Shown here: one piece after another, positions 15,317-25,984 of the stretch
Position numbering within the stretch: the first letter of the stretch is position 1
How the letters are laid out: each line of letters starts with the position of its first letter
Source: Vibrio alginolyticus NBRC 15630 = ATCC 17749
Lineage (GTDB): Bacteria; Pseudomonadota; Gammaproteobacteria; Enterobacterales; Vibrionaceae
DNA length: 32,000 bases
Direction: 5' to 3'
Assembly: GCF_000354175.2 (NCBI RefSeq)
Contig: NC_022359.1
Location: 840,001-872,000 of the forward strand
Position numbers and translations under genes: made by a program
Notes under the pieces: model-generated
What the model was told of the DNA's origin: nothing
Seen by the model: the letters and a program-made list of their open reading frames with translations, nothing else
Databases searched by the model: none

Positions 15317-17953
15317 ATGTTGAGATTATCAATAAAAACACGCTTAGCACTCCTCGCACTATTACCCGCTGTGGTAATAGTGGTATTTGCAGTTCAGCAG
15401 TTTTCTGATAATGCGTTGCGCGTGAGCCGTCTCAATCAAACGGTTAGCAATATTCAAGGTTTCCAATTGATATCCAAGGCCTCCCACTTTATTTACTCCA
15501 TAGAGAAAGTACGCCGACAGCCTGATCTTCAAGTCTCTGCAGCCATTAATATTGAAGAGCAAGGTGAAGTTATTTCTTCTTTGCATCAAAAGTTTGTGAG
15601 TAACCCTAATACTGCTGAGTATGCTGATGAACTGAAAGAAGCCATGCTGGGGGTATTGTCAGGTAGATTGAGTGAGATGGACGACCTGGGTGATTGGGCA
15701 TTTCAACAGCTCCAAAATATGTCGCGCTCTTTGTTGCAAAATCATCAATGGTATGGCAGTGACGATGGCATTCGCATGCAAAATTTTATTGCCTACTTTG
15801 CTCAGCTCTCTTTTTGGACACAGAAAGAAGCTTGGCTGACGAACCGTTTAGTCCAAGACCCTAAGAGTTGGCTAAGTCAAAGTATGTTTTATCAGGCGAT
15901 TGACCGACAGCAGCAAAATTTGGATGCGTTTTTAAACTTAGGTGGGTCATACGAGCAAGTGGATAAATTGCTTGGCTTGTTTACTTCGCCGAGATATCAG
16001 AGAAACTTGGCGTCTCGCGGACAATTAATCTCAGGAGACATGTCACAAAGTGACTACGCCGCGTATTTAAAAGAACTCGATTTTCGTGTGCAGCGCTTAC
16101 AAGTGCTCATTGATGGGTTCACCAAACAAACTGAGCAGTCGCTTCTCACGCAGGTTCATGAACAAAAGGCCAATATAGCGATGATCAGTTTTGGCGTCGC
16201 CTTAGTGGTTATCCTGCTTTGTTGGCTCGGATTTAGTACTTGGTTCCGAGTTAACAGCAAACTCGATGCGATCATTCATACTTTAAACGCGTTGATCAAC
16301 TCCGAAGAGAAGCAAACAAAAGTCAAAGTTGATGGAAGTGATGAACTGACCATTTTTGCTCAGCAAGTGAATCGAGTGGTTGAAGAAATGCAGAGACAAA
16401 CTGAAGAAATACTGCATGCAAAAGAGTCAGCAGTATCGGCTAATCGTGCAAAATCTGTGTTTCTTGCCAACATGTCACATGAAATACGCACGCCCCTTAA
16501 CGGGATCATGGGCATGACAGAAATACTCTCTCAAAGTGAGTTGTCTTCGCATCAACAAGAAGTTGTTGATGACATTGACTCCTCATCTCAAACACTGCTC
16601 ACTTTACTTAACGATATATTGGATCTCTCTAAAATCGAGTCTGGACGATTGGAGCTGTCACTAGTAGAAGCGGATATCCGAGAAGTCGTGTATCAGTCGA
16701 TGATTTTATTCCAATCCAAAGCAACATCTAAACAGCTAAAGTTAGGTATTAATTTAGCTGAAAATATCCCCATTCGCGTGATGGTCGATGATCATCGTGT
16801 CAAACAGGTAGTTACGAATCTGGTATCGAATGCGGTTAAGTTTACCGAAAGTGGGCATGTATGCGTTGATGTTAGTTATGAGGAGTTACTTGAGAAAGAA
16901 CGTGGAGTGCTGACGTTTAAAGTAGAAGATACCGGAATAGGCATTGATCAAGATAAGTTAACCACGATTTTTGAACCCTTTACTCAGGAAGATGAAGGAG
17001 TGTCGAGGCAATTTGGCGGCACAGGGTTGGGTTTGGCAATTTGTTGTCAGCTTGTGTCGATGATGGGGGGCAAGCTCGTAGCAACATCTACAAAAGGAGT
17101 GGGCACATGCTTTGAATTCTCGATTGAGGTTGAAGCAATTCCGGTGTTTGGCTGGCGTTCGGAGATGATTAATAAAGGGCTTTTGATCTGCTCAAATTAC
17201 GACTACGCCGACCAAGTATTAAAAGAGTGTCGCTTAGCGAAAATCAATCTCTTTGGTGTTAATAATGTGAATGAAGTGCAAGCGATAAATGATGACTTTG
17301 ATGTCATATTTCTGTGCCACAGTAACGACGCTAATACCGATGAAATCTTGGATAATCTATCATTTAATTACGATCTTCGCCGTGTGATTATTTGCCAGCA
17401 TCATTTATCCACTCCCTACGAAAATGCAGAAAAAGTACATGCCGTACTCACATTACCTTTCCTTGGCAATCGATTTAAGCATGTCATTGATGATTTAGCT
17501 AAGGTTGAAAAGACTATATCAAGTGACAATGTCACCAATAATGTTGTCAGCTCTGAATATCGAGCGTCGCGCTCTCATCGGAGGATCTTAATTGCGGAGG
17601 ATAATTTGATGAACCAGAAAATAGCGAGTTTTTTTCTGGATAAAGCAGGTTATGACTATTTGATAACAAGCAACGGTCAAGAAGCGTTAGAAGCCATCAC
17701 AAAGGGAGAAGAATTCGATGCAATTTTAATGGACTGCATGATGCCCGTGATGGATGGACTGACCGCGACGAAAGAAATTCGTCGTTGGGAAAAGAAAGCA
17801 GGACGCGAAAAAACGATGATTATCGCACTCACTGCGAGTGTTTTGGAAGAAGACATCCACAACTGTTTTGCGGCAGGCATGGATGCTTATTTACCTAAGC
17901 CGTATAAATCGAACCAGTTATTTGAGCTCTTTAGTGAATTAAAACTCGCCTAG
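15317..17953 (+). CDS. Orphan hybrid sensor histidine kinase / response regulator without an HPt domain
   Basis: TM1 is LALLALLPAVVIVVFAV and TM2 is MISFGVALVVILLCWLGF. Between them lies a helical periplasmic domain of about 270 aa. H-box MSHEIRTPLNG, N-box NLVSNAVKFT, G1 VEDTGIGI, G2 GGTGLGLAI. The C-terminal receiver has ILIAEDN, ILMDCMMPVMDG and YLPKP. A region of about 145 aa separates the HATPase and receiver domains. Confidence 0.9.
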   Translation: MLRLSIKTRLALLALLPAVVIVVFAVQQFSDNALRVSRLNQTVSNIQGFQLISKASHFIYSIEKVRRQPDLQVSAAINIEEQGEVISSLHQKFVSNPNTAEYADELKEAMLGVLSGRLSEMDDLGDWAFQQLQNMSRSLLQNHQWYGSDDGIRMQNFIAYFAQLSFWTQKEAWLTNRLVQDPKSWLSQSMFYQAIDRQQQNLDAFLNLGGSYEQVDKLLGLFTSPRYQRNLASRGQLISGDMSQSDYAAYLKELDFRVQRLQVLIDGFTKQTEQSLLTQVHEQKANIAMISFGVALVVILLCWLGFSTWFRVNSKLDAIIHTLNALINSEEKQTKVKVDGSDELTIFAQQVNRVVEEMQRQTEEILHAKESAVSANRAKSVFLANMSHEIRTPLNGIMGMTEILSQSELSSHQQEVVDDIDSSSQTLLTLLNDILDLSKIESGRLELSLVEADIREVVYQSMILFQSKATSKQLKLGINLAENIPIRVMVDDHRVKQVVTNLVSNAVKFTESGHVCVDVSYEELLEKERGVLTFKVEDTGIGIDQDKLTTIFEPFTQEDEGVSRQFGGTGLGLAICCQLVSMMGGKLVATSTKGVGTCFEFSIEVEAIPVFGWRSEMINKGLLICSNYDYADQVLKECRLAKINLFGVNNVNEVQAINDDFDVIFLCHSNDANTDEILDNLSFNYDLRRVIICQHHLSTPYENAEKVHAVLTLPFLGNRFKHVIDDLAKVEKTISSDNVTNNVVSSEYRASRSHRRILIAEDNLMNQKIASFFLDKAGYDYLITSNGQEALEAITKGEEFDAILMDCMMPVMDGLTATKEIRRWEKKAGREKTMIIALTASVLEEDIHNCFAAGMDAYLPKPYKSNQLFELFSELKLA

Positions 17954-17989
17954 CTAACATTTCAACTTAGACAAGGTGTCAAAACGATA

Positions 17990-18009
17990 AAGCCCCACTT
18001 CAGGGGCTT
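17990..18009. terminator. Weak, possibly bidirectional, terminator hairpin between the hybrid kinase and MATE genes
   Basis: AAGCCCC (17990-17996) pairs with GGGGCTT (18003-18009) across a 6-nt loop. The U-tracts are poor on both strands. Confidence 0.45.
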
Positions 18010-18021
18010 AGTTCTGATTAT

Positions 18022-19365
18022 TCATTGTTGTGCGCTGGCTTGAGCGCCTGCGAGTTTGCGTATGGTTTGGCGATAGGTTAGGTATGCGGAAACACCAGCT
18101 AACAGGTTGCCGATACAAGCGCCTAAGAGTAAACCTCGGATTCCATCCATTTGAGCGCCAACCCACAAGCACGGTAGGAAAAAGACAAACAAGCGCAGCG
18201 CTGAAATAGTGAGCGCGGTGTAAGATTTGCCTAATGCATTACAAAGAGAAACCATTAGCATACAAACCCCTAATGAACCCAAACTGATCGGCACTATCAG
18301 TAAATGCATCTCCAAGACTTGCTCCACTTGCACATCACTTGTCATCAATAATGCGAGTGGTTTTGCGACGGCAAATGTAATGGCAGCAATCAAAAGTTGG
18401 AAACCTAGAATGAATTTTACGGCAATACTGACGAGCCTTTGGATATCTTCATAGTTCTTTGCTCCAAGTAAGCGTCCAACCATTGGAGGCATAGACATTG
18501 TCAGCGCCAAGACCGAAACGATAGCAAAGAACTCATAGCGTGAACCAAGCGCCCAAGCGGCGACTGCTGCGGTTCCAAAGCTCGCCAATAATTTTGTTGC
18601 TAGCATGGAAGACAACGGTGGCAGCAGTTGGCTAATCATCGCGGGGCCCATAATGTTACCGATAGATGCAACACTTTTGGCTACGTTAAGATCTTGCCAT
18701 TGTGTCGTTGCCCAGTGATTCTTCTTCACGCGAGGAGCGACGACTAAAATACCAAACCCAAAAGCGACGATGGTTGCTATTGCCGCTCCGTTAATACCCA
18801 AGTCAAACGTGAAAATAAATAGCGGATCGAGTACAAGGTTCACGCCGCTGGTTATCATCATCATTGTGCCAGGTAACATTGTATTGCCATTAGCTCGGCA
18901 GATACTGTAATAAAAATACAAAACCGCACCAGTCCATGAGCTTAATAACCACCAAGGCCAGTAACTGTCGATTATCGGCATAACAGATTCTGGAGCGCTT
19001 AATAGAGCTAAAATGGGGGAGCGCAAAAGCCAAATTAGCCCGCCAAAAATAGCGACACCAATTGAGCCGATCATCAATACTAATCCGCCAAGTTGTTTGG
19101 CATACCGACTTTCATTCGCTCCAAGAGCTTTAGAAATGACCGCTGTCGTTGCGATTCCTAGACCGACTTGAATGCCGATAATGACCATTTGCAAAGGCAG
19201 AGTGAAACCTTGAGCGGCTAACGGTAAAACGCCGAGCTGACCGATAAACGCGCTATCCACAAGCTGAAAGCTCATTAAAGACAGAACGCCAAAAAGCATT
19301 GGCCAGGTCATCGTAAATAATTGTTTTGCAAGCGTTGGTTGTGTACTTGTCGTAGTTGAAGACAT
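18022..19365 (-). CDS. MATE family multidrug/efflux transporter
   Basis: 447 aa with about 12 hydrophobic segments. The N-terminus LAKQLFTMTWPMLFGVLSLMSFQLVDSAFIGQLG is typical of the MatE domain. Confidence 0.9.
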   Translation of the reverse strand: MSSTTTSTQPTLAKQLFTMTWPMLFGVLSLMSFQLVDSAFIGQLGVLPLAAQGFTLPLQMVIIGIQVGLGIATTAVISKALGANESRYAKQLGGLVLMIGSIGVAIFGGLIWLLRSPILALLSAPESVMPIIDSYWPWWLLSSWTGAVLYFYYSICRANGNTMLPGTMMMITSGVNLVLDPLFIFTFDLGINGAAIATIVAFGFGILVVAPRVKKNHWATTQWQDLNVAKSVASIGNIMGPAMISQLLPPLSSMLATKLLASFGTAAVAAWALGSRYEFFAIVSVLALTMSMPPMVGRLLGAKNYEDIQRLVSIAVKFILGFQLLIAAITFAVAKPLALLMTSDVQVEQVLEMHLLIVPISLGSLGVCMLMVSLCNALGKSYTALTISALRLFVFFLPCLWVGAQMDGIRGLLLGACIGNLLAGVSAYLTYRQTIRKLAGAQASAQQ

Positions 19366-19424
19366 AGAAAGCTGAATGCGTTAGGAATAAGAGTTAGATT
19401 GATTGTACACGGCGGTTAGTTTAG

Positions 19425-19466
19425 AGACAAAAATAAACCCCGAGGAAGATATTCTTGCTCGGGGTT
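19425..19466 (-). terminator. Intrinsic terminator of yeeX
   Basis: AACCCCGAG (19436-19444) pairs with CTCGGGGTT (19458-19466). On the - strand the hairpin is followed by TTATTTTTGTC. Confidence 0.75.
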
Positions 19467-19486
19467 CGAAAATCTAGCTTACGCGT

Positions 19487-19801
19487 TTATTTTTTGCCGC
19501 TAGTTTGCTTGTCTTCTTCAGTCAGCTCACGAATGCGACGGCTGATGTCACGACGTGCTTTAGAGATCTCAGCGCTTTTAATGATGTGGTCATCAACACG
19601 ATCTTCATAGTCTGCTTTCATATTTTTGATGATTGCGACGATTTCATCGTGAGTCATTTCTGGTTTGATGTAGTCTAGAAGGTTTTCTAGAAGATCAACA
19701 CGTTTGCGGTTATCACGAACTTTCTTCTCGTTATCAAGAAGCTCACGTTTTAGTTTGTTTTTACGACGAGCTTGGTTAACGATTTCAAATACGCTACTCA
19801 T
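19487..19801 (-). CDS. yeeX: UPF0265/DUF496 protein YeeX
   Basis: [39 protein letters not shown]...[27 protein letters not shown] is nearly collinear with E. coli YeeX as I remember it. The RBS is AGGAAAG. Confidence 0.9.
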   Translation of the reverse strand: MSSVFEIVNQARRKNKLKRELLDNEKKVRDNRKRVDLLENLLDYIKPEMTHDEIVAIIKNMKADYEDRVDDHIIKSAEISKARRDISRRIRELTEEDKQTSGKK

Positions 19802-20021
19802 AGTTCTCTTTCCTAATTTTATGAATATCTTCCTCGATTAAAGCACAACATCCAGTGGCATAACAGTCTTTAGATCAATAGCAATGCAGAGTTGAACATT
19901 TCTCAACCAATTGCGCTGTGTACATATAATCGTGCTGCTTTCTTCGAGTTTTGGCCAACATCGTAGAATCCATCGATTCATTGTCATAACGTGGCCTTCA
20001 CTATATTATCAACACCATTGA

Positions 20022-20246
20022 ATGCAAAATGATGAACTTGATATGGACTCTGGTAACACTGCGGAGCAAGTAAATAGTCAAGATAATGAGCAAGTCACTC
20101 GCTCTGTGGCTGAAAAGTTAAAAACGGCGTATATCAACGCCCGTGAGCAACTCGAAATCATCGAAGTTGAGCTTAATCGTTCAAAAATAATGATGGTCGA
20201 CCAAGATGGCAATTTGACGAGAGTGCCGATTCTCTCGGAGCATTGA
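20022..20246 (+). CDS. Hypothetical small acidic protein, 74 aa
   Basis: The ORF has plausible hydrophilic, helical composition, and a perfect TATAAT sits about 95 bp upstream (19925-19930). There is no convincing Shine-Dalgarno sequence and I recognise no family. A strong hairpin follows the stop codon directly. Confidence 0.45.
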   Translation: MQNDELDMDSGNTAEQVNSQDNEQVTRSVAEKLKTAYINAREQLEIIEVELNRSKIMMVDQDGNLTRVPILSEH

Positions 20247-20411
20247 TACCTGACCCTATTCGTAAGGGGTGTCAGGTCTTACGCTATGCTTTAGCCTGAC
20301 ACCAACACCTGAACCGCTAACGCTTCTTGCACTGCTGTGTGAATTTATGGCGTATGATTTCGAAGCGATTTAGGTACAAAGTCAAATGCAAAAATAATAA
20401 GGAAATGCATT

Positions 20412-21058
20412 ATGAAAGTTGAGCTAACGGCAATTGAAGCACGAGTTATTGGTTGCTTGATCGAAAAAGAAGTCACTACCCCAGATCTTTACCCCCTCAG
20501 CCTAAACGCATTAACCAACGCGTGTAATCAAAAAAGCAACCGTGATCCCGTGATGTCACTCTCTGAGTCAGACGTTCTCGATGCCGTTGATGCTCTTATT
20601 GAGCGCAGGCTCGTCAGTGACGAAAGTGCGTTCAACAGCCGCGTCAGCAAGTATCAACACCGTTTCTGTAATACGGAATTTGGTGATTTAAAGCTGACAG
20701 AGCAGGAGAAGGGCATTGTATGCTGTATGCTTTTGCGCGGTGCTCAAACACCTGGGGAAATTCGTACTCGTACTAATCGTCTCGCGACATTTCATGATGT
20801 AAAAGAAGTGGAAACGGTCCTTGAGCATTTAGCAAGCGAAGAGAAAGGACCATTAGTGGTCAAATTACCACGTGAGGCTGGTAAGCGGGAGTCGCGTTAT
20901 ATGCATTTGTTCTGTGGTGATGTTGATGCGTCCGAACTTGCAGCGCCTGTGTCTGCTGCAAGCTCGAGCTCCGATCGAGTAAGTCAGCTAGAGCTCGAAG
21001 TCGCTCAGCTGAAAGAAGAGCTGGATGAATTAAAAGCTAAGGTTGAGTCACTGCTTTC

Positions 21059-21062
<4 letters not shown>
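20412..21062 (+). CDS. yceH: UPF0502/DUF480 protein YceH
   Basis: [60 protein letters not shown] and [11 protein letters not shown] are collinear with E. coli YceH as I remember it. Confidence 0.9.
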
Positions 21063-22621
<1,559 letters not shown>

Positions 22622-22622
<1 letters not shown>

Positions 22623-25198
22623 TGACAACTACATCAAAAACAAGAAAGCGTCGCTCACTGTCGACGCTTATTACCAAAATAATTATTCTCGTACTTGCTC
22701 CGATCATTCTAGGCATCTTTGTTCAGAGTTATTACTTCTCGAAGCAGATTATTTGGCAGGAAGTCGACCGAACCAAGCAGCAGACCTCTGCCCTGATCCT
22801 GAACATTTTTGATAGCCATTTTGCAGCGATTCAGATTCATCACAACAGCAATTCGAAAAGTGATGTTGTATTGGATTTTTATACAGAACGTGATGAAGAG
22901 GCACTCAATTACTTTTTCATGAGTATTGACCAGAGTGATCCTTCCCATACACCAGAGTTTCGTTTCCTAACCGATCATCAAGGTATTATTTGGGACGATG
23001 GCAACGCGCATTTCTATGGCATCAACAACCTGATACTTAGCCGACTTGCCAGTCAAGTGACCTTTAGCAACAACTGGTATTATCTACCCTCACAGACCCC
23101 GATGGGAACTCGCCATCTTTTACTTCGTCGTGTACCCGTTTTACAACCTAAAACCGGTGAAGTGATGGGGTACTCTTACAATGTTGTTGTTTTAGATAAT
23201 AACTTTGGGTTGATGGAAAGGTTAAAAAATGAAGGCAACGTCGACAATGTTGTGTTGGTCGCTAACAACACACCATTGGCAAGCTCATTAGTAGGAGATG
23301 AGGCTTATCAAATATTTGACGTACTCAAACGACGAGAGTCCCAGCACAAGCTTGACCAATTATTGATCATCAAAACCCCTATTGAGGTAAATGCCGCCGA
23401 GACTGACTTGTGCTTGCTTACTGTGCAAGACAATCAGAGCGTGGTGACATTGCAAATCCAACACCTGCTAGCAATGCTAGCCTCAGTTATCGGTATGGTC
23501 ATGATTGCGCTAATGACTAAAGAATGGATCGAGAATCGAGTAGTTGAAGAGTTAGGATCCCTGATGGCATATACCCGATCGGCTCGTGAAGAAAAAGGAT
23601 TTGAGCGTTTTGAGGGGTCAGATATTGAGGAATTCGATCATATTGGTTCGACACTAGAAAACACTTTTGAAGAGCTTGAAGCACAAAAGCGGTCTTTCCG
23701 CGACCTGTTTAACTTTGCGTTATCACCTATTATGGTGTGGTCTGAATCGGGTGTACTTGTCCAAATCAATCCGGCAGCACGCAAAGAGTTAGTCATGGAA
23801 AACGATGTTGAAACCATGCACCCAGTGTTCAAAGGTTTCAAAGAAAAGTTGATGCCACACCTTCGCATGGCGGCTCAGGGAGCTACGTTGACAGGCGTTA
23901 ATGTGCCAATTGGAGACAAAGTATATCGCTGGAACTTATCGCCGATTCGAGTTGATGGAGATATTAGCGGTATTATTGTTCAAGGTCAGGATATAACCAC
24001 GCTTATTGAGGCGGAAAAACAGAGTAACTTGGCGCGCAAAGAAGCAGAAAAATCTGCTCAAGCCCGTGCCGACTTTCTGGCTAAAATGAGCCATGAGATC
24101 CGAACGCCAATCAATGGAATTTTAGGGGTTGCTCAATTGCTAAAAGACTCTGTGGAAACAGAAGAGCAGAATAACCAAATTGACGTACTTCGGCATAGTG
24201 GTGAGCACTTACTTGCTGTTTTGAATGATATTTTGGACTTTTCGAAGATTGAGCAGGGTAAGTTTAATATCCAAAAGCACCCGTTTTCTTTCACTGATAC
24301 AATTCGAACGTTAGAAAACATTTATCGTCCTATTTGTGAAAGTAAAGGCGTCAACCTTGTCATTGAAAACAAAATAGATCCCAATGTTGAAATTTTTACT
24401 GACCAAGTTCGTCTGAACCAAATTTTATTCAACCTAGTCAGTAACTCAGTAAAGTTTACGCCCTCGGGTAGCGTGCGCTTGCATGCTGAACTTGAGCAGT
24501 TCTATGGCGCTGACAATAGCGTGCTGGTCGTGGAAATTACGGATACAGGTATCGGCATCGAGTCTGACAAACTCGACCAAATGTTCGAACCTTTTGTTCA
24601 AGAAGAAGCAACAACGACTCGAGAATACGGTGGCAGTGGCTTAGGGCTGACCATTGTGAAGAGCCTTGTCGATATGCTGGAAGGTGAAGTTCAAGTCCGC
24701 AGTCAGAAAGGCTTAGGAACGACTTTTGTCATTACAATGCCAGTGAAAGATCGTGAGCGAGTACTCACCCCTCTTGATTCGAGTTTGCGAGTTAAGCCAG
24801 GTGAACTATTTGCAGAGAGTCTCAAAGTGTTGTTGGTAGAGGATAACCATACTAACGCATTCATTCTAAAAGCGTTTTGTAACAAGTACAAAATGCAGGT
24901 TGATTGGGCGAAAGATGGGTTAGAAGCAATGGAATTCTTAAAAGATCATACTTACGATTTGATACTGATGGACAACCAACTTCCGCATCTTGGTGGAATT
25001 GAAACGACCAAAGAGATCCGACAAAAGCTAAAACTAGGCACGCCAATTTATGCGTGTACTGCTGACACCGCGAAAGAAACCAGTGACGCCTTTATGGAAT
25101 CGGGTGCGAATTACGTGCTTCTCAAGCCGATTAAAGAAAATGCGCTCCATGAAGCATTTGTGGATTTTAAGCAGCGGTTCTTAGTCGAGCGAACATGA
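22622..25198 (+). CDS. luxQ: LuxQ, the AI-2 sensor hybrid kinase/phosphatase
   Basis: RRSLSTLITKIIILVLAPIILGIFVQSYYFSKQIIWQEVDRTKQQTSALI..NIFDSHFAAIQIHH is near-identical to V. harveyi LuxQ as I remember it. H-box MSHEIRTPINGILG, G1 ITDTGIGI, G2 GGSGLGLTI; receiver motifs VLLVEDN and LILMDNQLPHLGG. The ATG overlaps the luxP stop as TGATG. Confidence 0.95.
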
Positions 25199-25242
25199 AT
25201 AATTGGCTCACTACGGGATAACCCAATTATTCATTATCTGAA

Positions 25243-25277
25243 AAGCACAACACCATGACTGTGGGTTGTGCTTTTTT
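25243..25277 (+). terminator. Intrinsic terminator of luxPQ
   Basis: AAGCACAAC (25243-25251) pairs with GTTGTGCTT (25265-25273) and runs into TTTTTTG. Confidence 0.8.
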
Positions 25278-25409
25278 GTATCTGACCCTTTTACTCTTAT
25301 ACAAATCAGACTTTATTGGTCTCGACGTTTGTTGTGTACATCGCTGCATTTCAAATTCAAACATAGTGTTGTGTTACTTAGATTTCTGCCCCTTCACTGA
25401 CACACCCAG

Positions 25410-25425
25410 CGTGATTTCAATCACA
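25410..25425. promoter_or_regulatory. CRP-like site cGTGA-tttcaa-TCACA upstream of the marR operon
   Basis: Nine of the ten core positions of TGTGA-N6-TCACA match. The site lies about 70 bp upstream of the marR start and just upstream of the operator palindrome. Confidence 0.3.
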
Positions 25426-25435
25426 AAAAGATATT

Positions 25436-25479
25436 TACTTAGCGTGCTAACTATTTTATATTGCTTAGCACGCTAAGTA
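25436..25479. promoter_or_regulatory. Candidate MarR operator: perfect 15-bp inverted repeat TACTTAGCGTGCTAA-N14-TTAGCACGCTAAGTA
   Basis: The arms are at 25436-25450 and 25465-25479. The AT-rich spacer CTATTTTATATTGC contains a -10-like TATATT. The repeat ends 15 bp before the marR ATG. MarR dimers typically bind palindromes that overlap their own promoter. Confidence 0.5.
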
Positions 25480-25493
25480 ATTGAGTAGATCTT

Positions 25494-25949
25494 ATGATTC
25501 AAGACATCAACAGTTTGCGAGACCTTTCTCTGGCTGAAAAATTATCTCGTGTTGCTCGTTTGTGGAAAATGGTTGCAGATCGCGAGTTAGAGCCTTTAAA
25601 CCTGACGTATCCGCGTTGGACTGCGTTATGGAAGCTTTATCGAATGGGTGACAACATCAGTCAGAAGCATTTGGCTGAAGCGCTTGAGATCGAGTTAGCG
25701 TCGTTGATGCGAACATTAAAATTATTAGAAGAGCAATCTCTGATCACTCGCCATTGCTGTGAACACGATAAGCGAGCACGTATTGTTAGCCTCACAGAAG
25801 AGGGGAAAACCCTACTAAAGCAAATGGAGGCTCGGATTCTTCAAGTTCGAAGCAAGCTCCTAACGGACATCAACGACCAGGAACTTCAGCAGCTTTCATT
25901 GATTCTTGATCAGATTGCTCACAATGCGCTTGATTCACTTAGCGAATAA
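25494..25949 (+). CDS. MarR family transcriptional regulator
   Basis: 151 aa. The winged-HTH region reads LTYPRWTALWKLYRMGDNISQKHLAEALEIELASLMRTLKLLEEQSLITRHCCEHDKRARIVSLTEEG. Confidence 0.9.
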   Translation: MIQDINSLRDLSLAEKLSRVARLWKMVADRELEPLNLTYPRWTALWKLYRMGDNISQKHLAEALEIELASLMRTLKLLEEQSLITRHCCEHDKRARIVSLTEEGKTLLKQMEARILQVRSKLLTDINDQELQQLSLILDQIAHNALDSLSE

Positions 25950-25984
25950 GTCAGAAAACCGAATAAAAAGAGAAGTAAACGCCT

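Noticed and set aside
25255-25476. 73-aa + strand ORF between luxQ and marR
   Set aside because: It starts within the luxQ terminator and runs across the CRP-like box and the operator palindrome. Its composition is Cys/Leu-rich and no RBS is visible.
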